Shown here: positions 1-10,474 of the stretch, one piece after another
Layout: each line of letters begins with the position of its first letter
Numbering within the stretch: position 1 is the stretch's first letter
Source: Candidatus Gottesmanbacteria bacterium
Lineage (GTDB): Bacteria > Patescibacteriota > Microgenomatia > UBA10105 > UBA927
NCBI GenBank assembly: GCA_963809665.1
Contig: CAWEKC010000001.1
Span: forward strand, 94,209 to 158,208
DNA length: 64,000 nt
Reading direction: 5' to 3'
The notes under the pieces: generated by a model
Told to the model about the DNA's origin: nothing
The model's database searches: none
Seen by the model: the letters and a program-made list of their open reading frames with translations, nothing else
Translations under genes and position numbers: made by a program

Positions 1-217
1 GCTGTCTCATCTGCAGTGGGACTTACAACTGCCGCACTCGGCGTTCCAGCCACAGGCTGGTCAGCCTGGGGCTGAGGTGTCGCAGTCGGGACCGGAGCCG
101 TCGTAGTTACCGCATTCTGCGGCTGCAGCGTAAATTTATAATTTGTACCTAAATAATATCCGCCTGCAATGCCCAAAACGATAAGAATAATAATGAGTAG
201 CGTTGTTTTTCCGTTCA
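1..217 (-). CDS. partial CDS (N-terminal part; continues past window start): signal-anchored protein with Pro/Thr/Gln-rich linker
   Basis: Reverse complement of 1..217 reads MNGKTTLLIIILIVLGIAGGYYLGTNYKFTLQPQNAVTTTAPVPTATPQPQADQP.... ATG at 217-215, hydrophobic N-terminal helix then low-complexity P/T/Q stretch. Absent from the ORF track because it runs off the edge. Confidence 0.4.
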
Positions 218-254
218 TAGGTTCCCCCTTAAGCGTAATATACTATACTTATAA

Positions 255-1493
255 TTGATGTACAAAGGAACGCTCAACACCAGCAAACTCTACCTCGGAC
301 TCCAGCGGCAGAATGAAATAAGCGAAAAGAAACTACGCCTCCGGCATCCGCATGCCGTAACATTTTTCAGTAAACACGGAATAACACCGGGCCAAATACG
401 ACGGCATGCAGCCAAAGTCGCAGCAACGGCAGGTCTGGCCGGCGCTATGTTGTTTGCCCAACCGCTTACCCAACAGGTACTGTCAACACCTGCCCACCAG
501 ATATCCGCCCTCTCAGCAGACCAGTTACGTAGCGAATTAAAAAACCAGCTTGCTACCCTGTTGCCCAAAGAGGTGATACCGCTTACCGACGCGCAGGAAG
601 CAGCCATTAGTAACGAAATAAAAACAGTATGGGGTATTGATGCTGCGGCATCCATACAGGGTGAACGGTTAAACCGCAGTTACGGATTAATCGGCGCGGA
701 GCAGCATCTTATGCGATATCCGGGTGATGTCGTAGCGAATATGGCACCGGGTAAAGGCGCATGGGGATACTTTGCACAATCGGAAGACCTCCTGACACAG
801 GATCTTATCGAGAAGGAAAAATGGTATGTCGCGGTGCAGACGTTGTACCTGCCGGACTGGTCTCTCCGGCTCAATTATCTGCGGGACTGGTATAAATACC
901 GCAAAGTCCTGGTGGTTAATCCGGTAAACGGGAAAACGGTAGTCGCGGACGTGGCGGATTCCGGACCGGCGGACTTTACCGGCAAGCATTACGGGGGGTC
1001 ACCGGAGGTTATGGCGTATCTGGGCCTGAACGTCCACATGCAGAAGGGACCGGTACTGTTATTTTTCGTCAACGATCCGAATAATGAAATTCCGTTGGGA
1101 CCGGTAGAGTACAATGTACGTACGGGAACTCCGGTAAATTGCACAAAAATTATGAGCAAACTTTTTTACGATCATCTCATTGTTATTGAAGAAATCATTG
1201 CGGTACTGGACGAGCATAAGCTAAAACTCGCGGAACGCACAAAAATTCTCGAACTCATGGATGCCACACTCCAGAACGAGATACTGGACGTCATATTTAC
1301 GTATTTACCGCGCGAAAAGCATGAAGAGTTTTTAAAGAAATTCCATGCGGCTCCGCACGACATCCGCCTCATACAATATCTCAAGGATAATTCTAGCGTT
1401 AATATTGAGCTCGCGATCCTGGACCGGGCCAATAAAACCAAACGGAAACTCCTTAAGGAAGTGCGTAAACACTCGTATGATCGTAAAGCGTAA
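255..1493 (+). CDS. envelope protein with RlpA-like double-psi beta-barrel (DPBB/3D-type) domain
   Basis: 412-aa ORF. Segment VVNPVNGKTVVADVADSGPADFTGKHYGGSPEVMAYLGL resembles the RlpA/MltA-3D DPBB signature (V.N..NGK.V.V.V.D.GP....DLS). Hydrophobic stretch near N-terminus, helical C-terminal tail of unknown function. Confidence 0.45.
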   Translation: MMYKGTLNTSKLYLGLQRQNEISEKKLRLRHPHAVTFFSKHGITPGQIRRHAAKVAATAGLAGAMLFAQPLTQQVLSTPAHQISALSADQLRSELKNQLATLLPKEVIPLTDAQEAAISNEIKTVWGIDAAASIQGERLNRSYGLIGAEQHLMRYPGDVVANMAPGKGAWGYFAQSEDLLTQDLIEKEKWYVAVQTLYLPDWSLRLNYLRDWYKYRKVLVVNPVNGKTVVADVADSGPADFTGKHYGGSPEVMAYLGLNVHMQKGPVLLFFVNDPNNEIPLGPVEYNVRTGTPVNCTKIMSKLFYDHLIVIEEIIAVLDEHKLKLAERTKILELMDATLQNEILDVIFTYLPREKHEEFLKKFHAAPHDIRLIQYLKDNSSVNIELAILDRANKTKRKLLKEVRKHSYDRKA

Positions 1494-1614
1494 AACAGGT
1501 TACTATGTCCTGTCCGAGACTACCAAGCGTAATCTCGGCGGACCGTACAAAACCCGTACCGAAGCCTCAAAGCGTCTGCGCCAAGTGGAATACTTCAAAC
1601 ATCTGCGTCATTAA
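1477..1614 (+). CDS. possible 45-aa basic micro-protein overlapping the 3' end of the upstream gene in another frame
   Basis: ATG at 1477 gives MIVKRKTGYYVLSETTKRNLGGPYKTRTEASKRLRQVEYFKHLRH, stop at 1612-1614. Lys/Arg-rich and non-repetitive. Purine-rich TAAGGAAG lies 15 nt upstream. The upstream part of the 89-aa track ORF looks like frame noise. Confidence 0.3.
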   Translation: MIVKRKTGYYVLSETTKRNLGGPYKTRTEASKRLRQVEYFKHLRH

Positions 1615-2057
1615 TTCAGCATGAGGAGAGAAAAGTTGAGGAAACTGGCAAATGAAACCCACGCCAGATACGGAATTAACAGATACGCGGCAGTTTTATC
1701 TACCCGGTAAAACATTTTAATGATGGCAACAATGAGCACCCACAATACAATTATCATAACCATGCCGCCCGAAATAGAGCGGAACCCGAAAAAAACAATT
1801 GACCAGCCGGCATTGACGGCAAGATGAAGCATAAATATTTTCAGTTCCCCTTTCTTCTGCCACACCAGATACATCGCGATACCCATGAGAACGTAGAGCG
1901 TTGTCCAAACGGGCCCGAAAAGCCAGTTCGGCGGGCTGAAAGAAGGCTTTACGAGCGTTGCGTACCACGTCGGGATCGAAGGGAATGTAGCCAGAGACCC
2001 GATAATTCCCGCCACCAAGCAGACCCCTATCGAAATCAGCAGATTCCGTAGTTTCAT
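1611..2057 (-). CDS. tspO: TspO/MBR family tryptophan-rich sensory protein
   Basis: 148 aa, five predicted TM helices. Motifs WYATLVKPSFSPPNWLFGPVWTTLYVLMGIAMYLVW and LAWVSFASFLN are typical of TspO. Confidence 0.85.
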   Translation of the reverse strand: MKLRNLLISIGVCLVAGIIGSLATFPSIPTWYATLVKPSFSPPNWLFGPVWTTLYVLMGIAMYLVWQKKGELKIFMLHLAVNAGWSIVFFGFRSISGGMVMIIVLWVLIVAIIKMFYRVDKTAAYLLIPYLAWVSFASFLNFSLLMLN

Positions 2058-2324
2058 TTATTTTTTAGCGAGTGTGTTCCAGATAATTCCGGATACCCAA
2101 CCGACAATGTACCCCGCGACAAACGTGATGACCCAGAGCATGATTGCTTTCCCCCAGTCAAATGACTGTACTACAAAAGGATTGCTCACAAAATGCAGAG
2201 AAAAGATAAAATCCAGATACCAATTGGCCACACCAAGCAAAACGGCGAGCGACCACACAATGTGCATGATGGAAACGGTAGCCCCGATTATGAGGCCGAC
2301 ATCATTCGGATGAATCTTTTTCAT
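2058..2324 (-). CDS. small membrane protein (about 88 aa, 2-3 TM)
   Basis: Frame of the 118-aa track ORF. Start placed at internal ATG (MKKIHPNDVGL...) because AAAGGGG lies 7 nt upstream. Hydrophobic segments IIGATVSIMHIVWSLAVLLGV and IMLWVITFVAGYIVGWVSGII. Confidence 0.4.
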   Translation of the reverse strand: MKKIHPNDVGLIIGATVSIMHIVWSLAVLLGVANWYLDFIFSLHFVSNPFVVQSFDWGKAIMLWVITFVAGYIVGWVSGIIWNTLAKK

Positions 2325-2397
2325 ATACATACCCCTTTCATATATAGTATGACGCAGGTCTTTCTTGTTTTGCAACAAGCATGATACAATTTGTTTC

Positions 2398-3297
2398 ATG
2401 CACAAAAGACGCATTCTTCTCTTAACGGCGTGCCTGATGGTTGCTACGGGTGTCTATGTGTTTACGAAGGAAAAAAACCAACCATCCGTATCCCCGCTTC
2501 AGAACGACGCATATACGAAGGTGCTGGGCATTTTCTCGGTCCGGAAAAATCCGGACGATCTCAAAAATAAAATCCAATCCACAATCGGCAATTCGTTCAA
2601 GAATTATTCCGTGTATGTTGTCGACTACCGAAGTAACCTTACCATGGGCGTTAACGAGTCGGAAATGTTTACCGGCGCGTCAATTAACAAACTCGCGATC
2701 ATGGCCGCCCTCTACAACGAAGCGCAAAACGGTTCCGTGAACTTTGACCGTGTGATTACGCTGCAGCCTGAGGATATTCAGGATTACGGGAGCGGGAGCA
2801 TCCGCTATGATCCGCCGGGATCAACGTACACGGTAAAAACCCTGGTGCGCCTCATGATGCAGAAAAGCGACAATACTGCGGCGTTTTTACTGGGTAACTA
2901 CGTCGTGGGATTGCCCAAAGTCCAGTCCCTCATCAACAGCTGGGGGTTAACACAAACGGATATGGCGAACAACAAAACTTCCAATAAAGATATGGAACTC
3001 TTGCTTCGCAAAATTTACGGCAATAATGTCGCCAACCCGTCCCTCACCGCCGAAATGCTCGGATTTCTCAAGGACAGCGATTATGAAAACCGGATACCCG
3101 GGGATCTACCGGACGATGTGACGGTCTATCATAAAACAGGTGATGGCACGACCGGAGAGATTCATGATGTGGGTATTATTATCCAGGGTAATACAGCGTA
3201 TTACATCGGAATTCTGACCAGTGATGTGGGAGATGCTACTGCGGCGGCACAACTGGAAGCAAAAATTTCCAAAATCGTTTACGACTTTATGAGGTGA
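2398..3297 (+). CDS. class A beta-lactamase-like serine hydrolase (penicillin-binding fold)
   Basis: SxxK ([10 protein letters not shown]), SDN (QKSDNTAA) and KTG (HKTGDGTTG) motifs in canonical order, N-terminal signal anchor. The track ORF begins at TTG 2365; ATG 2398 is the alternative start. Confidence 0.7.
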   Translation: MHKRRILLLTACLMVATGVYVFTKEKNQPSVSPLQNDAYTKVLGIFSVRKNPDDLKNKIQSTIGNSFKNYSVYVVDYRSNLTMGVNESEMFTGASINKLAIMAALYNEAQNGSVNFDRVITLQPEDIQDYGSGSIRYDPPGSTYTVKTLVRLMMQKSDNTAAFLLGNYVVGLPKVQSLINSWGLTQTDMANNKTSNKDMELLLRKIYGNNVANPSLTAEMLGFLKDSDYENRIPGDLPDDVTVYHKTGDGTTGEIHDVGIIIQGNTAYYIGILTSDVGDATAAAQLEAKISKIVYDFMR

Positions 3298-5654
3298 CGG
3301 GTGAGTGCAAGCTTCAGGACTTCGTCCATGTGCTCAACAAAGTGAAATTTCAGATCTGTCGCAACGCTTTTGGGAATATCCTCAAGGTCTTTCTTATTAT
3401 TTTTCGGTAAAATCACGGTCGCGATACGGGCCCGGTGCGCGGCAATCACTTTTTCCTTTACTCCGCCGATCTCCAGAACCCTGCCGCGCAGCGTAATTTC
3501 ACCCGTCATGGCAACGGAACGGTGCGTCGGGATTTTAGTAAGTGCTGAAACGATTGCCGTTGCAATTGCTGCCCCGGCCGACGGGCCGTCTTTCGGCACT
3601 GCCCCTTCCGGAACATGGACATGGACATCGATTTTCTGGAAAAACTTCTCCGGCAGCCCCAAAAGTTTCCACCTCGACCGGACATAGGACATTGCCGCCT
3701 GACCGGATTCTTTCATCACGTCTCCCAGTTGTCCTGTTAGCGTCAGGTTACCGCGGCCCGGCATAAGTGCAACTTCGATAAACAAAATATCACCGCCTGC
3801 TTCTGTCCATGCGAGCCCTGTCGACATGCCGATCTCATCCTTTTTCTCGGCGAGCATTGATGTAAACTTCGTAGGCCCGAGGTATTCATGGAGTACGTTG
3901 GGCGTTATCGTAAACATAGGCCGCCTGCCCTTAACATCTGCAATCTTTTTGGCGACTTTACGGAAAATAGTGGCCACTTCACGCTCCAGATTCCGGACTC
4001 CTGCCTCACGCGTATACCGGCGGATGATTTCAAGCATCGCTCCATCCGTTAGCTTCACGCTTTTAGCAGGCACGCCGTGGATTTCCCGTTCTTTCTCAAA
4101 AAGGAAGTCCTTCCCGATATGAAATTTTTCATCCTCGGTATATCCGGGGAAATGAATAACCTCAAGGCGATCCCGCAAAGCGGGAGGAATGGTGTCCAGT
4201 ACATTGCAGGTCGTGATGAAAAAGACGTCGGACAAATCAAAAGGCACTTCCAGGTAATGGTCGGAGAACAAATAGTTTTGTTCGGGATCAAGCGCTTCAA
4301 GAAGGGCCGCAGACGGATCGCCGCGGAAGTCAGTGCCTACTTTATCTATTTCATCCAGCATAAAAACCGGATTTTTCGTGCCGGCCTGCTTAATACCCTG
4401 GATAATACGGCCCGGGAGCGCTCCGACGTAGGTTCTACGATGACCCCGAATTTCCGCCTCATCCCGTATGCCGCCGAGGGACATCTTGACAAATTTACGG
4501 CCTAATGAGCGGGCAATGGATTTGCCGATGGATGTTTTTCCGACTCCGGGCGGACCCACAAAACACAGGATGGTCGGGGCAGATTTAGATTTATGTACGG
4601 CAGTTTCTTTTACAACCTTTTCACTCCGGAGTTTCATGACCGCCAGATATTCAAGAATCCGTTCTTTGATTTTCTTAAGCCCGTAATGATCATGGTTCAA
4701 CACGCGCTCGGCATCCGCAATGATGACGTTGTTCGGGCTGGCAACCGCCCAGGGAAGTTCAACAAGCCAGTCAAGATACGCGCGCACATACGAGGATTCC
4801 GGATTATACTGTGACATCTGGATGAGTCTCGCCAGTTCTTTCTCCGCTTTGGCGCGTACGTCCGCAGGCATACCTGCCTTTTTAATTTTATCTGCAAGCT
4901 CCTTGTATTCCTTGTTCCCGTCATCTTCGCCGAGTTCTTTTTCAATTGTCTTCATGCGTTCCCTGAGTACCTGTTCACGGACGTTTTTATCGAATTTCTC
5001 CTGCGTTTTATTGGCAATTTTCTTTTCCAGCTCGAGAATTTTCACTTCGCGTGATAAATAGGTAATTTCTTTTTCCAGACGTTTCTTGATGGAAACCAGT
5101 TCCAAAAGCTCCTGCCGCTCATCGGGTTTGATATCAAGGACTCCCGCGACCTGGTGGGACAATACCTGCGGAGAAACCCCGGACATGATGTTCATGAAGG
5201 TGAGAAAATCCATGGTCTTCCCGAGTTTTACGGCCTGACGCAGTTCATTGGTAAGCGTGTTAAACAGCGCTTTGGTTTCTTCATCTTCCTCGATGGTATC
5301 GGTGAGCTTTATGGCCCGCGCAACAAAGAACGGCTCCACCGCTTCGTACGAAAGAATTTCAACTTTGGATACGCCCCGTACCAGTGCGTTGATCTCCCCT
5401 TCGTTTTTCATCATCTGGACAATCTCCCCGACGGTGGCAATGTTGTAAAGGTCCGACGGTGTGGGATCATTAATATTGGGATTCCGCTGCATGACGAGGA
5501 TTACGCGTTTACCGGATGTCTGACCCGCTTCTATGGCGGACACACTACGCTGCCTGCCGAAGGTTAAAATCATTTCGGTACCGGGGAATACTATGCCGTC
5601 TCTTATGGGAACCACCGGCAATACTATTTCTGATGGATTTAATATTTCATCCAT
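3279..5654 (-). CDS. lon: ATP-dependent Lon protease
   Basis: 791 aa. LON N-domain ([13 protein letters not shown]), Walker [10 protein letters not shown], catalytic serine motif [20 protein letters not shown]. Confidence 0.95.
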   Translation of the reverse strand: MDEILNPSEIVLPVVPIRDGIVFPGTEMILTFGRQRSVSAIEAGQTSGKRVILVMQRNPNINDPTPSDLYNIATVGEIVQMMKNEGEINALVRGVSKVEILSYEAVEPFFVARAIKLTDTIEEDEETKALFNTLTNELRQAVKLGKTMDFLTFMNIMSGVSPQVLSHQVAGVLDIKPDERQELLELVSIKKRLEKEITYLSREVKILELEKKIANKTQEKFDKNVREQVLRERMKTIEKELGEDDGNKEYKELADKIKKAGMPADVRAKAEKELARLIQMSQYNPESSYVRAYLDWLVELPWAVASPNNVIIADAERVLNHDHYGLKKIKERILEYLAVMKLRSEKVVKETAVHKSKSAPTILCFVGPPGVGKTSIGKSIARSLGRKFVKMSLGGIRDEAEIRGHRRTYVGALPGRIIQGIKQAGTKNPVFMLDEIDKVGTDFRGDPSAALLEALDPEQNYLFSDHYLEVPFDLSDVFFITTCNVLDTIPPALRDRLEVIHFPGYTEDEKFHIGKDFLFEKEREIHGVPAKSVKLTDGAMLEIIRRYTREAGVRNLEREVATIFRKVAKKIADVKGRRPMFTITPNVLHEYLGPTKFTSMLAEKKDEIGMSTGLAWTEAGGDILFIEVALMPGRGNLTLTGQLGDVMKESGQAAMSYVRSRWKLLGLPEKFFQKIDVHVHVPEGAVPKDGPSAGAAIATAIVSALTKIPTHRSVAMTGEITLRGRVLEIGGVKEKVIAAHRARIATVILPKNNKKDLEDIPKSVATDLKFHFVEHMDEVLKLALTRHLIKS

Positions 5655-5730
5655 AGTTAAAACGTACGTTTATATCTAGCACTCGAGTATATCAACTGCT
5701 AACACATCCGTCAAGAGGTCGTCTTACACA

Positions 5731-6567
5731 TTATATAAACTCGCTGAGGAGCGCCTGAAGATCTATTGTTTGGTCCGTAATGACGGGCTCGTTATCTTCG
5801 CTGGTCGGTTTAATTTCTTTATAGAAAATACCCACGGGAATCTTGTCCCCCCATTCCATGGCCTTTTCCATGGCCTTCAGTTTGTTATCCGGTACGTACT
5901 GCTGGGATTCAAGTGTGTAGAGACGCTGGCGGTACCACTGATATGTATGCACTTTGTCAAACGTCACGCAGGGCTGGAGGACGTCAATAACGGCAAAACC
6001 TTTATGACCGATAGCGGCGGCGATCATTGCAGACAGACCCGGCGCGTCCCCTGCAAATCCTCGTGCCACAAACGTGGCCCCGGAGGCAATGGCAAGCGCA
6101 ACAGGATTGACCGGCTCGTCCACAACTCCTTCGGGTGTAGACTTGGTTTTAAATCCTTCTTTCGCCGTCGGCGAAGCCTGGCCTGTCGTAAGTCCGTAGA
6201 CCTGATTATCATGAATGAGAACGGTGATATCGGGATTACGTTTCGCGGCATGAATGAAATGGTTGCCTCCCTCCCCCAGCCCGTCCCCGTCCCCGGATAC
6301 AACAATGACGGGTAATTTCCGGTTGGCAAGCTTTAATCCCTGTGCGACCGGCAGAGTCCGACCGTGAAGCGCGGCCACCCCGTATATTTTCATCCAGTCG
6401 TACATATTGCCGTGACATCCCACACCGTACACGACAACGCCGTCATCCGTACCGATATTCAGGCTTACCAATGCGTTTTTGAGGGACAACCAGATACCGA
6501 AATCCCCGCACCCCGGGCACCACGTAGGCAAAAATCCTGATTGAAATGTATCAGCGGTTATACTCAT
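5731..6567 (-). CDS. 2-oxoacid:ferredoxin oxidoreductase beta (TPP-binding) subunit, KorB/PorB type
   Basis: WCPGCGDFG N-terminal motif, GDGD TPP-binding region (VVSGDGDGLGEGGNHF). Stop overlaps the alpha subunit gene. Confidence 0.85.
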   Translation of the reverse strand: MSITADTFQSGFLPTWCPGCGDFGIWLSLKNALVSLNIGTDDGVVVYGVGCHGNMYDWMKIYGVAALHGRTLPVAQGLKLANRKLPVIVVSGDGDGLGEGGNHFIHAAKRNPDITVLIHDNQVYGLTTGQASPTAKEGFKTKSTPEGVVDEPVNPVALAIASGATFVARGFAGDAPGLSAMIAAAIGHKGFAVIDVLQPCVTFDKVHTYQWYRQRLYTLESQQYVPDNKLKAMEKAMEWGDKIPVGIFYKEIKPTSEDNEPVITDQTIDLQALLSEFI

Positions 6568-8303
6568 ACATTACTCACTTTCTCCACAATTTCTTCCGGA
6601 TACCATATACGCCCGTCGTACTTCAATAATTTTTCTTTAATAAGAATCCCCGTATGTTCACGGATAAGTGATGCCAGCTGCCCCGTCGCATTCTGTTCGA
6701 CCGCAATAAGACGCGTGGCAGGCGACAGCAGGGTCATTGAATCGGCCGATGGAAACGGATAGATCCATGAATAATGTACGAGTCTTGTTTTTTTACCTTT
6801 CGCGGAGAGCAGTTTCATAGCTTCCAGCACCGGGCCTTTCGTACTTCCCCATGTTACAAACGTAAGCTCAGCCGGATCATCGCCATATACAGTTGGTGCT
6901 TTCACGTCTTTTTTCATCGCTTCAAATTTCTTCATACGCTTAGTAGCCATTGCGATACGCGCTTCGGACTTTTCAGTGACATGGCCTACTTCGTCATGTT
7001 CATAGGAATTTGCGTAATAAAACCCTCCTTTTTGCCCGGGAACACTACGGGTGGAGACACCGTCCGCGGTAGTCAGATCATACCGCTTAAACGATCCGTC
7101 CGAAGGAAGCTCTGAATCTTTTGCCAACTTACCGCGGTCAATTGTTACATCGCCTGACATGAGCGCTTTGGGCACACACCATTGGCTTTCGTTGATATAT
7201 TTATCACTTAAAATAAATACCGGTACCTGATACCTGTCGGCTAAATTAAATGCGTGAACGGTGAGCGTGTACGCATCCGCCGCGTCACTGGGCGCCAGAA
7301 CAATACGCGGAAACTCCCCATGTCCCGCATGAATAACAAACTGAAGTTCTCCCTGCTCGCTCCACGTCGGCATGCCGGTTGACGGACCCGGGCGCATCCC
7401 GAGATCTATAACCAGCGGCGCTTCTATCATTCCGGCCCAGGACAACCCTTCCACCATCAGCGCAAATCCTCCGCCTGACGTTGCTACCATGCTGCGTGCG
7501 CCTCCCAGTGATGCACCGATTGCCATGTTAATGCCGGCTATTTCATCTTCCGGCTGCTTATACACGATGTTTGCACTTTTGGCGTGGTCCGCCAAAAAAG
7601 TAATGAGCGCATTGATGGGAGTCATGGGATATATGGCTGCAAACTTTAAACCGGCCCGTACGGCCCCGATGCCGATTGCTTCGCTGGCATTGACGATAAG
7701 CTGGTCTTCTTTTTTCGTTGCCGGTGAAAGGTTTATGGAATTTTCACTTCCAAAATTTTGTTTCACATAGTCATACCCCGCACGTGCGATATCCACATTG
7801 CGTTTGATAACGTCGGCCCCCTTTTTCTTAAACTGGTCGGTAATGACCGTCTCAAAACTGGCAAACGGCGCACCCATGAGGGCAATACTTGCTGCAATGG
7901 CAACCGTGTTGCGCATCACGGGTTCACCGCCTAATTTCGTCATGAGGTCGGTTAATGGCACGGCAATGAGCTTCACCGGTTTGGGGAAATCGGTACTCTT
8001 TAGTTCGCTATCCTTCGGATCAAATATAACCAAGGCGCCCTCACCCAGTTCCTGTTTGTGCAGGTCTACCGTTTCGCGGTTTAACGCAACCAGGAGGTGG
8101 AGATCACGGTTCATCGCTTCGAAATTGTCCGTTGCGACGCGTACCGTTACGAGATTATGACCGCCGCGGATACGTGAGGGATATTCATTTGTTGCAAATA
8201 CGTGGTATCCGGCGCGGGCGAAGGTCCGGGCAAGCATGGTGCCGCTGGCCATTATTCCGAAACCCGCTTCCCCGCCGATTTTCCAAGTAACAGAATCAAT
8301 CAT
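6564..8303 (-). CDS. 2-oxoacid:ferredoxin oxidoreductase fused gamma-alpha subunit (KorA/PorGA type)
   Basis: N-terminus MIDSVTWKIGGEAGFGIMASGTMLARTFARAGYHVFATNEYPSRIRGGHN matches the gamma domain. The rest is the pyruvate-flavodoxin/ferredoxin oxidoreductase alpha domain. 4-nt overlap with the beta gene. Confidence 0.85.
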   Translation of the reverse strand: MIDSVTWKIGGEAGFGIMASGTMLARTFARAGYHVFATNEYPSRIRGGHNLVTVRVATDNFEAMNRDLHLLVALNRETVDLHKQELGEGALVIFDPKDSELKSTDFPKPVKLIAVPLTDLMTKLGGEPVMRNTVAIAASIALMGAPFASFETVITDQFKKKGADVIKRNVDIARAGYDYVKQNFGSENSINLSPATKKEDQLIVNASEAIGIGAVRAGLKFAAIYPMTPINALITFLADHAKSANIVYKQPEDEIAGINMAIGASLGGARSMVATSGGGFALMVEGLSWAGMIEAPLVIDLGMRPGPSTGMPTWSEQGELQFVIHAGHGEFPRIVLAPSDAADAYTLTVHAFNLADRYQVPVFILSDKYINESQWCVPKALMSGDVTIDRGKLAKDSELPSDGSFKRYDLTTADGVSTRSVPGQKGGFYYANSYEHDEVGHVTEKSEARIAMATKRMKKFEAMKKDVKAPTVYGDDPAELTFVTWGSTKGPVLEAMKLLSAKGKKTRLVHYSWIYPFPSADSMTLLSPATRLIAVEQNATGQLASLIREHTGILIKEKLLKYDGRIWYPEEIVEKVSNV

Positions 8304-8336
8304 AGGCAGTATTACCAGTGTACAGGAAAATCCCGG

Positions 8337-8591
8337 TTAGGGGAAAATCTGTTTTCCCGCCGCGTCGGTGATGAAGATCGCCATGACAGGGCACCCCTTA
8401 GCCGCTTCGATAAGCGTAGCATCAGACTCCTCACCTGCAGTATCGAGAATTATTGCTTTTGCCTCATTGTCGAGCGCCCACGCTTTGGGAGCAATTGCTA
8501 CACAGGTAGCAGCCCCGATACAAAGATTCCGGTCAATACGCATTGTATATGTACGTATTTGACGTTTTACTTTCGGGTCGTTGTCATCCAT
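8337..8591 (-). CDS. small single-cluster ferredoxin (3-Cys, CxxAxxC...CP type)
   Basis: 84 aa. DRNLCIGAATCVAIAP ... KGCPVMAI is a Pyrococcus-type monocluster ferredoxin pattern with Ala in place of the fourth ligand, suggesting a [3Fe-4S] cluster. Lies between sufU and the oxidoreductase. Confidence 0.7.
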   Translation of the reverse strand: MDDNDPKVKRQIRTYTMRIDRNLCIGAATCVAIAPKAWALDNEAKAIILDTAGEESDATLIEAAKGCPVMAIFITDAAGKQIFP

Positions 8592-8595
8592 AGAT

Positions 8596-8964
8596 TTATT
8601 TCAATGATATCACAGCTTTTTGAAGAACTTCCAGAGGCAATGTCGCGCATTTTGTCCGTGACGGGGTCAGCGTCGTGCCCAGCATATCAAAAATGTTTTT
8701 CGCTTTAAGCTTCATGACGTCATGTTGTTTCATTCCCATTACCTTTCCCGTAAGCATAGACGCAGCTGCCTGGCTGATTGCACATCCTACACCGGAAAAC
8801 CGTATATCTTTAATTTTTTTAGAATTATCTATACGGATTTCCATGACCATCTTATCGCCGCAGGTGGCATTATATGCAGCGGCCGTTGCACTCGCATGTG
8901 GTAAATGTCCGAAGTTACGCGGGTGCTTGTAGTGCTCAAGGATAATTTCGCGGTACATGTCCAT
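8596..8964 (-). CDS. sufU: SufU/NifU-like Fe-S cluster assembly scaffold (sulfur acceptor)
   Basis: 122 aa. HYKHPRNFG, CGDKM and GVGCAISQAAASM are SufU/IscU N-domain signatures. Confidence 0.85.
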   Translation of the reverse strand: MDMYREIILEHYKHPRNFGHLPHASATAAAYNATCGDKMVMEIRIDNSKKIKDIRFSGVGCAISQAAASMLTGKVMGMKQHDVMKLKAKNIFDMLGTTLTPSRTKCATLPLEVLQKAVISLK

Positions 8965-8966
8965 AG

Positions 8967-10166
8967 TTACGCAAACATTTTTATCACCTTTTGAAGACCG
9001 ACGCCGAGCGCATCAATGTCGGATTTAGTTGTATATACATAAAATGATGCGCGTACGGTTGGCCCTATCTTAAGAAACTCATGTAACGGCTGGGCGCAGT
9101 GGTATCCCACGCGGACACAGATGTTATCTTCGTCCAGAACCTGGGCAACATCATGGGGATGTATTCCTTTGACCGTAAATGAAACAACACCTGCCCGTGA
9201 CTCCGGATCTTCCGGACCTATCACGGTAACGCCCCTGATGGACGATACCATCTTCAGCGCGTACGTTGTCACAGCCTTTTCATGCGCGCGGACCGCGGCC
9301 ATTCCGATGCGCGACAGGTAATCAACGGCGGCTCCGAATCCTATGACCCCGGCAATGTGCGGGGTGCCTGCTTCAAACTTATGCGGCGGCGGCTTAAACA
9401 CGGTTGTCCCCTCATGTACTTCTTCGATCATTTCGCCTCCGAACATAAATGGTTTCATCCTCTCAAGCAGTTCATATTTTCCCCAGAGGACGCCGACGCC
9501 CGTGGGCCCGAGCATTTTATGGGATGAAAACGCGACAAAATCCGCCTGCCAGTCGGATACGTCCACCTTCGTATGCGGAACAGCCTGCGCTGCGTCTACA
9601 AGAACGAGGACATGAGGGTTCAATGATTTTGCTTTCCGTACAATTTCTTTAACGGGAACTATTGTCCCGAGGACATTGGATACGGCAGTAATCGCAAGCA
9701 ATGTAGTTTTCCTCGTAATGAGCTTTTCCAGGCCCTTCGGGTCCAACCGGCCGGCGGAATCCATGTTCCAGACTTTTAATTTCCCGAGCTGCTGCCAGGG
9801 AACAAAATTAGAGTGGTGCTCCATCACCGATGCGATAACTTCGTCTCCGTGAATTTCGCTGTACGCAACAAGATTGATCGATTCCGTCGTATTCCGTGTA
9901 AAAATAATTTCTTCCGGTTTTTGTGCACCGATAAACTTTGCTACTTTGCTGCGTACGTTTTCATACTCGCGGGTTGCCTCTTCACTTATTTTGTAAATAC
10001 CGCGGAAAATATTTGCCGTATACCGGGTGTAATATTCCCGTTCTTTATTAATCACGGATTGTGGTTTCAGAGACGTAGCAGTTGAATCCAGATACACGAC
10101 CGGCTTGCCGTTAACCAACCGCGCAAGCATGGGGAAATCCTTACGGATAGACGAAGCATCAATCAT
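8967..10166 (-). CDS. sufS: cysteine desulfurase SufS (class V aminotransferase)
   Basis: 399 aa. PLP lysine region SSHKMLGPTGVGVLWG, HHSNFVPWQ, C-terminal RVGYHCAQP active-site Cys loop. Confidence 0.9.
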   Translation of the reverse strand: MIDASSIRKDFPMLARLVNGKPVVYLDSTATSLKPQSVINKEREYYTRYTANIFRGIYKISEEATREYENVRSKVAKFIGAQKPEEIIFTRNTTESINLVAYSEIHGDEVIASVMEHHSNFVPWQQLGKLKVWNMDSAGRLDPKGLEKLITRKTTLLAITAVSNVLGTIVPVKEIVRKAKSLNPHVLVLVDAAQAVPHTKVDVSDWQADFVAFSSHKMLGPTGVGVLWGKYELLERMKPFMFGGEMIEEVHEGTTVFKPPPHKFEAGTPHIAGVIGFGAAVDYLSRIGMAAVRAHEKAVTTYALKMVSSIRGVTVIGPEDPESRAGVVSFTVKGIHPHDVAQVLDEDNICVRVGYHCAQPLHEFLKIGPTVRASFYVYTTKSDIDALGVGLQKVIKMFA

Positions 10167-10474
10167 ACCAAAACCATTACGTCATCCCCTTCTGTTTTGA
10201 CCGTGTATGGTGTTTCGTCTTTCATCGGAGGCGCGGCGATGACTTTACCGGTAACGACGTTAAATTGCCCGCCGTGACATCCGCAGGTCACGATCGTGCC
10301 TGCTAATTTCCCTTCCGTACCGAGAGAGCATCCCTTATGGGTACACGTGTCATCAATCGCGAAAAATTCCCCCCCGACGTTGGCGATCATCAGACGTTTC
10401 CCTCCGGCAAAAACGGTTTTCTTTTCGCCGTTTTCCAAATCCGATGTATGAATCACTTTTACGTAATTTCCCAT
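10163..10474 (-). CDS. Rieske [2Fe-2S] domain ferredoxin embedded in the suf operon
   Basis: 103 aa. CTHKGCSL ... CGCHGGQF is the CxH...CxxH Rieske ligand pattern. Confidence 0.8.
   Translation of the reverse strand: MGNYVKVIHTSDLENGEKKTVFAGGKRLMIANVGGEFFAIDDTCTHKGCSLGTEGKLAGTIVTCGCHGGQFNVVTGKVIAAPPMKDETPYTVKTEGDDVMVLV

Noticed and set aside
5770-6315. 181-aa plus-strand ORF, with similar antisense ORFs inside lon, sufB, sufS, aspS and recJ
   Set aside because: They are antisense to strongly supported genes. None has a recognisable domain or SD, so they are not reported.
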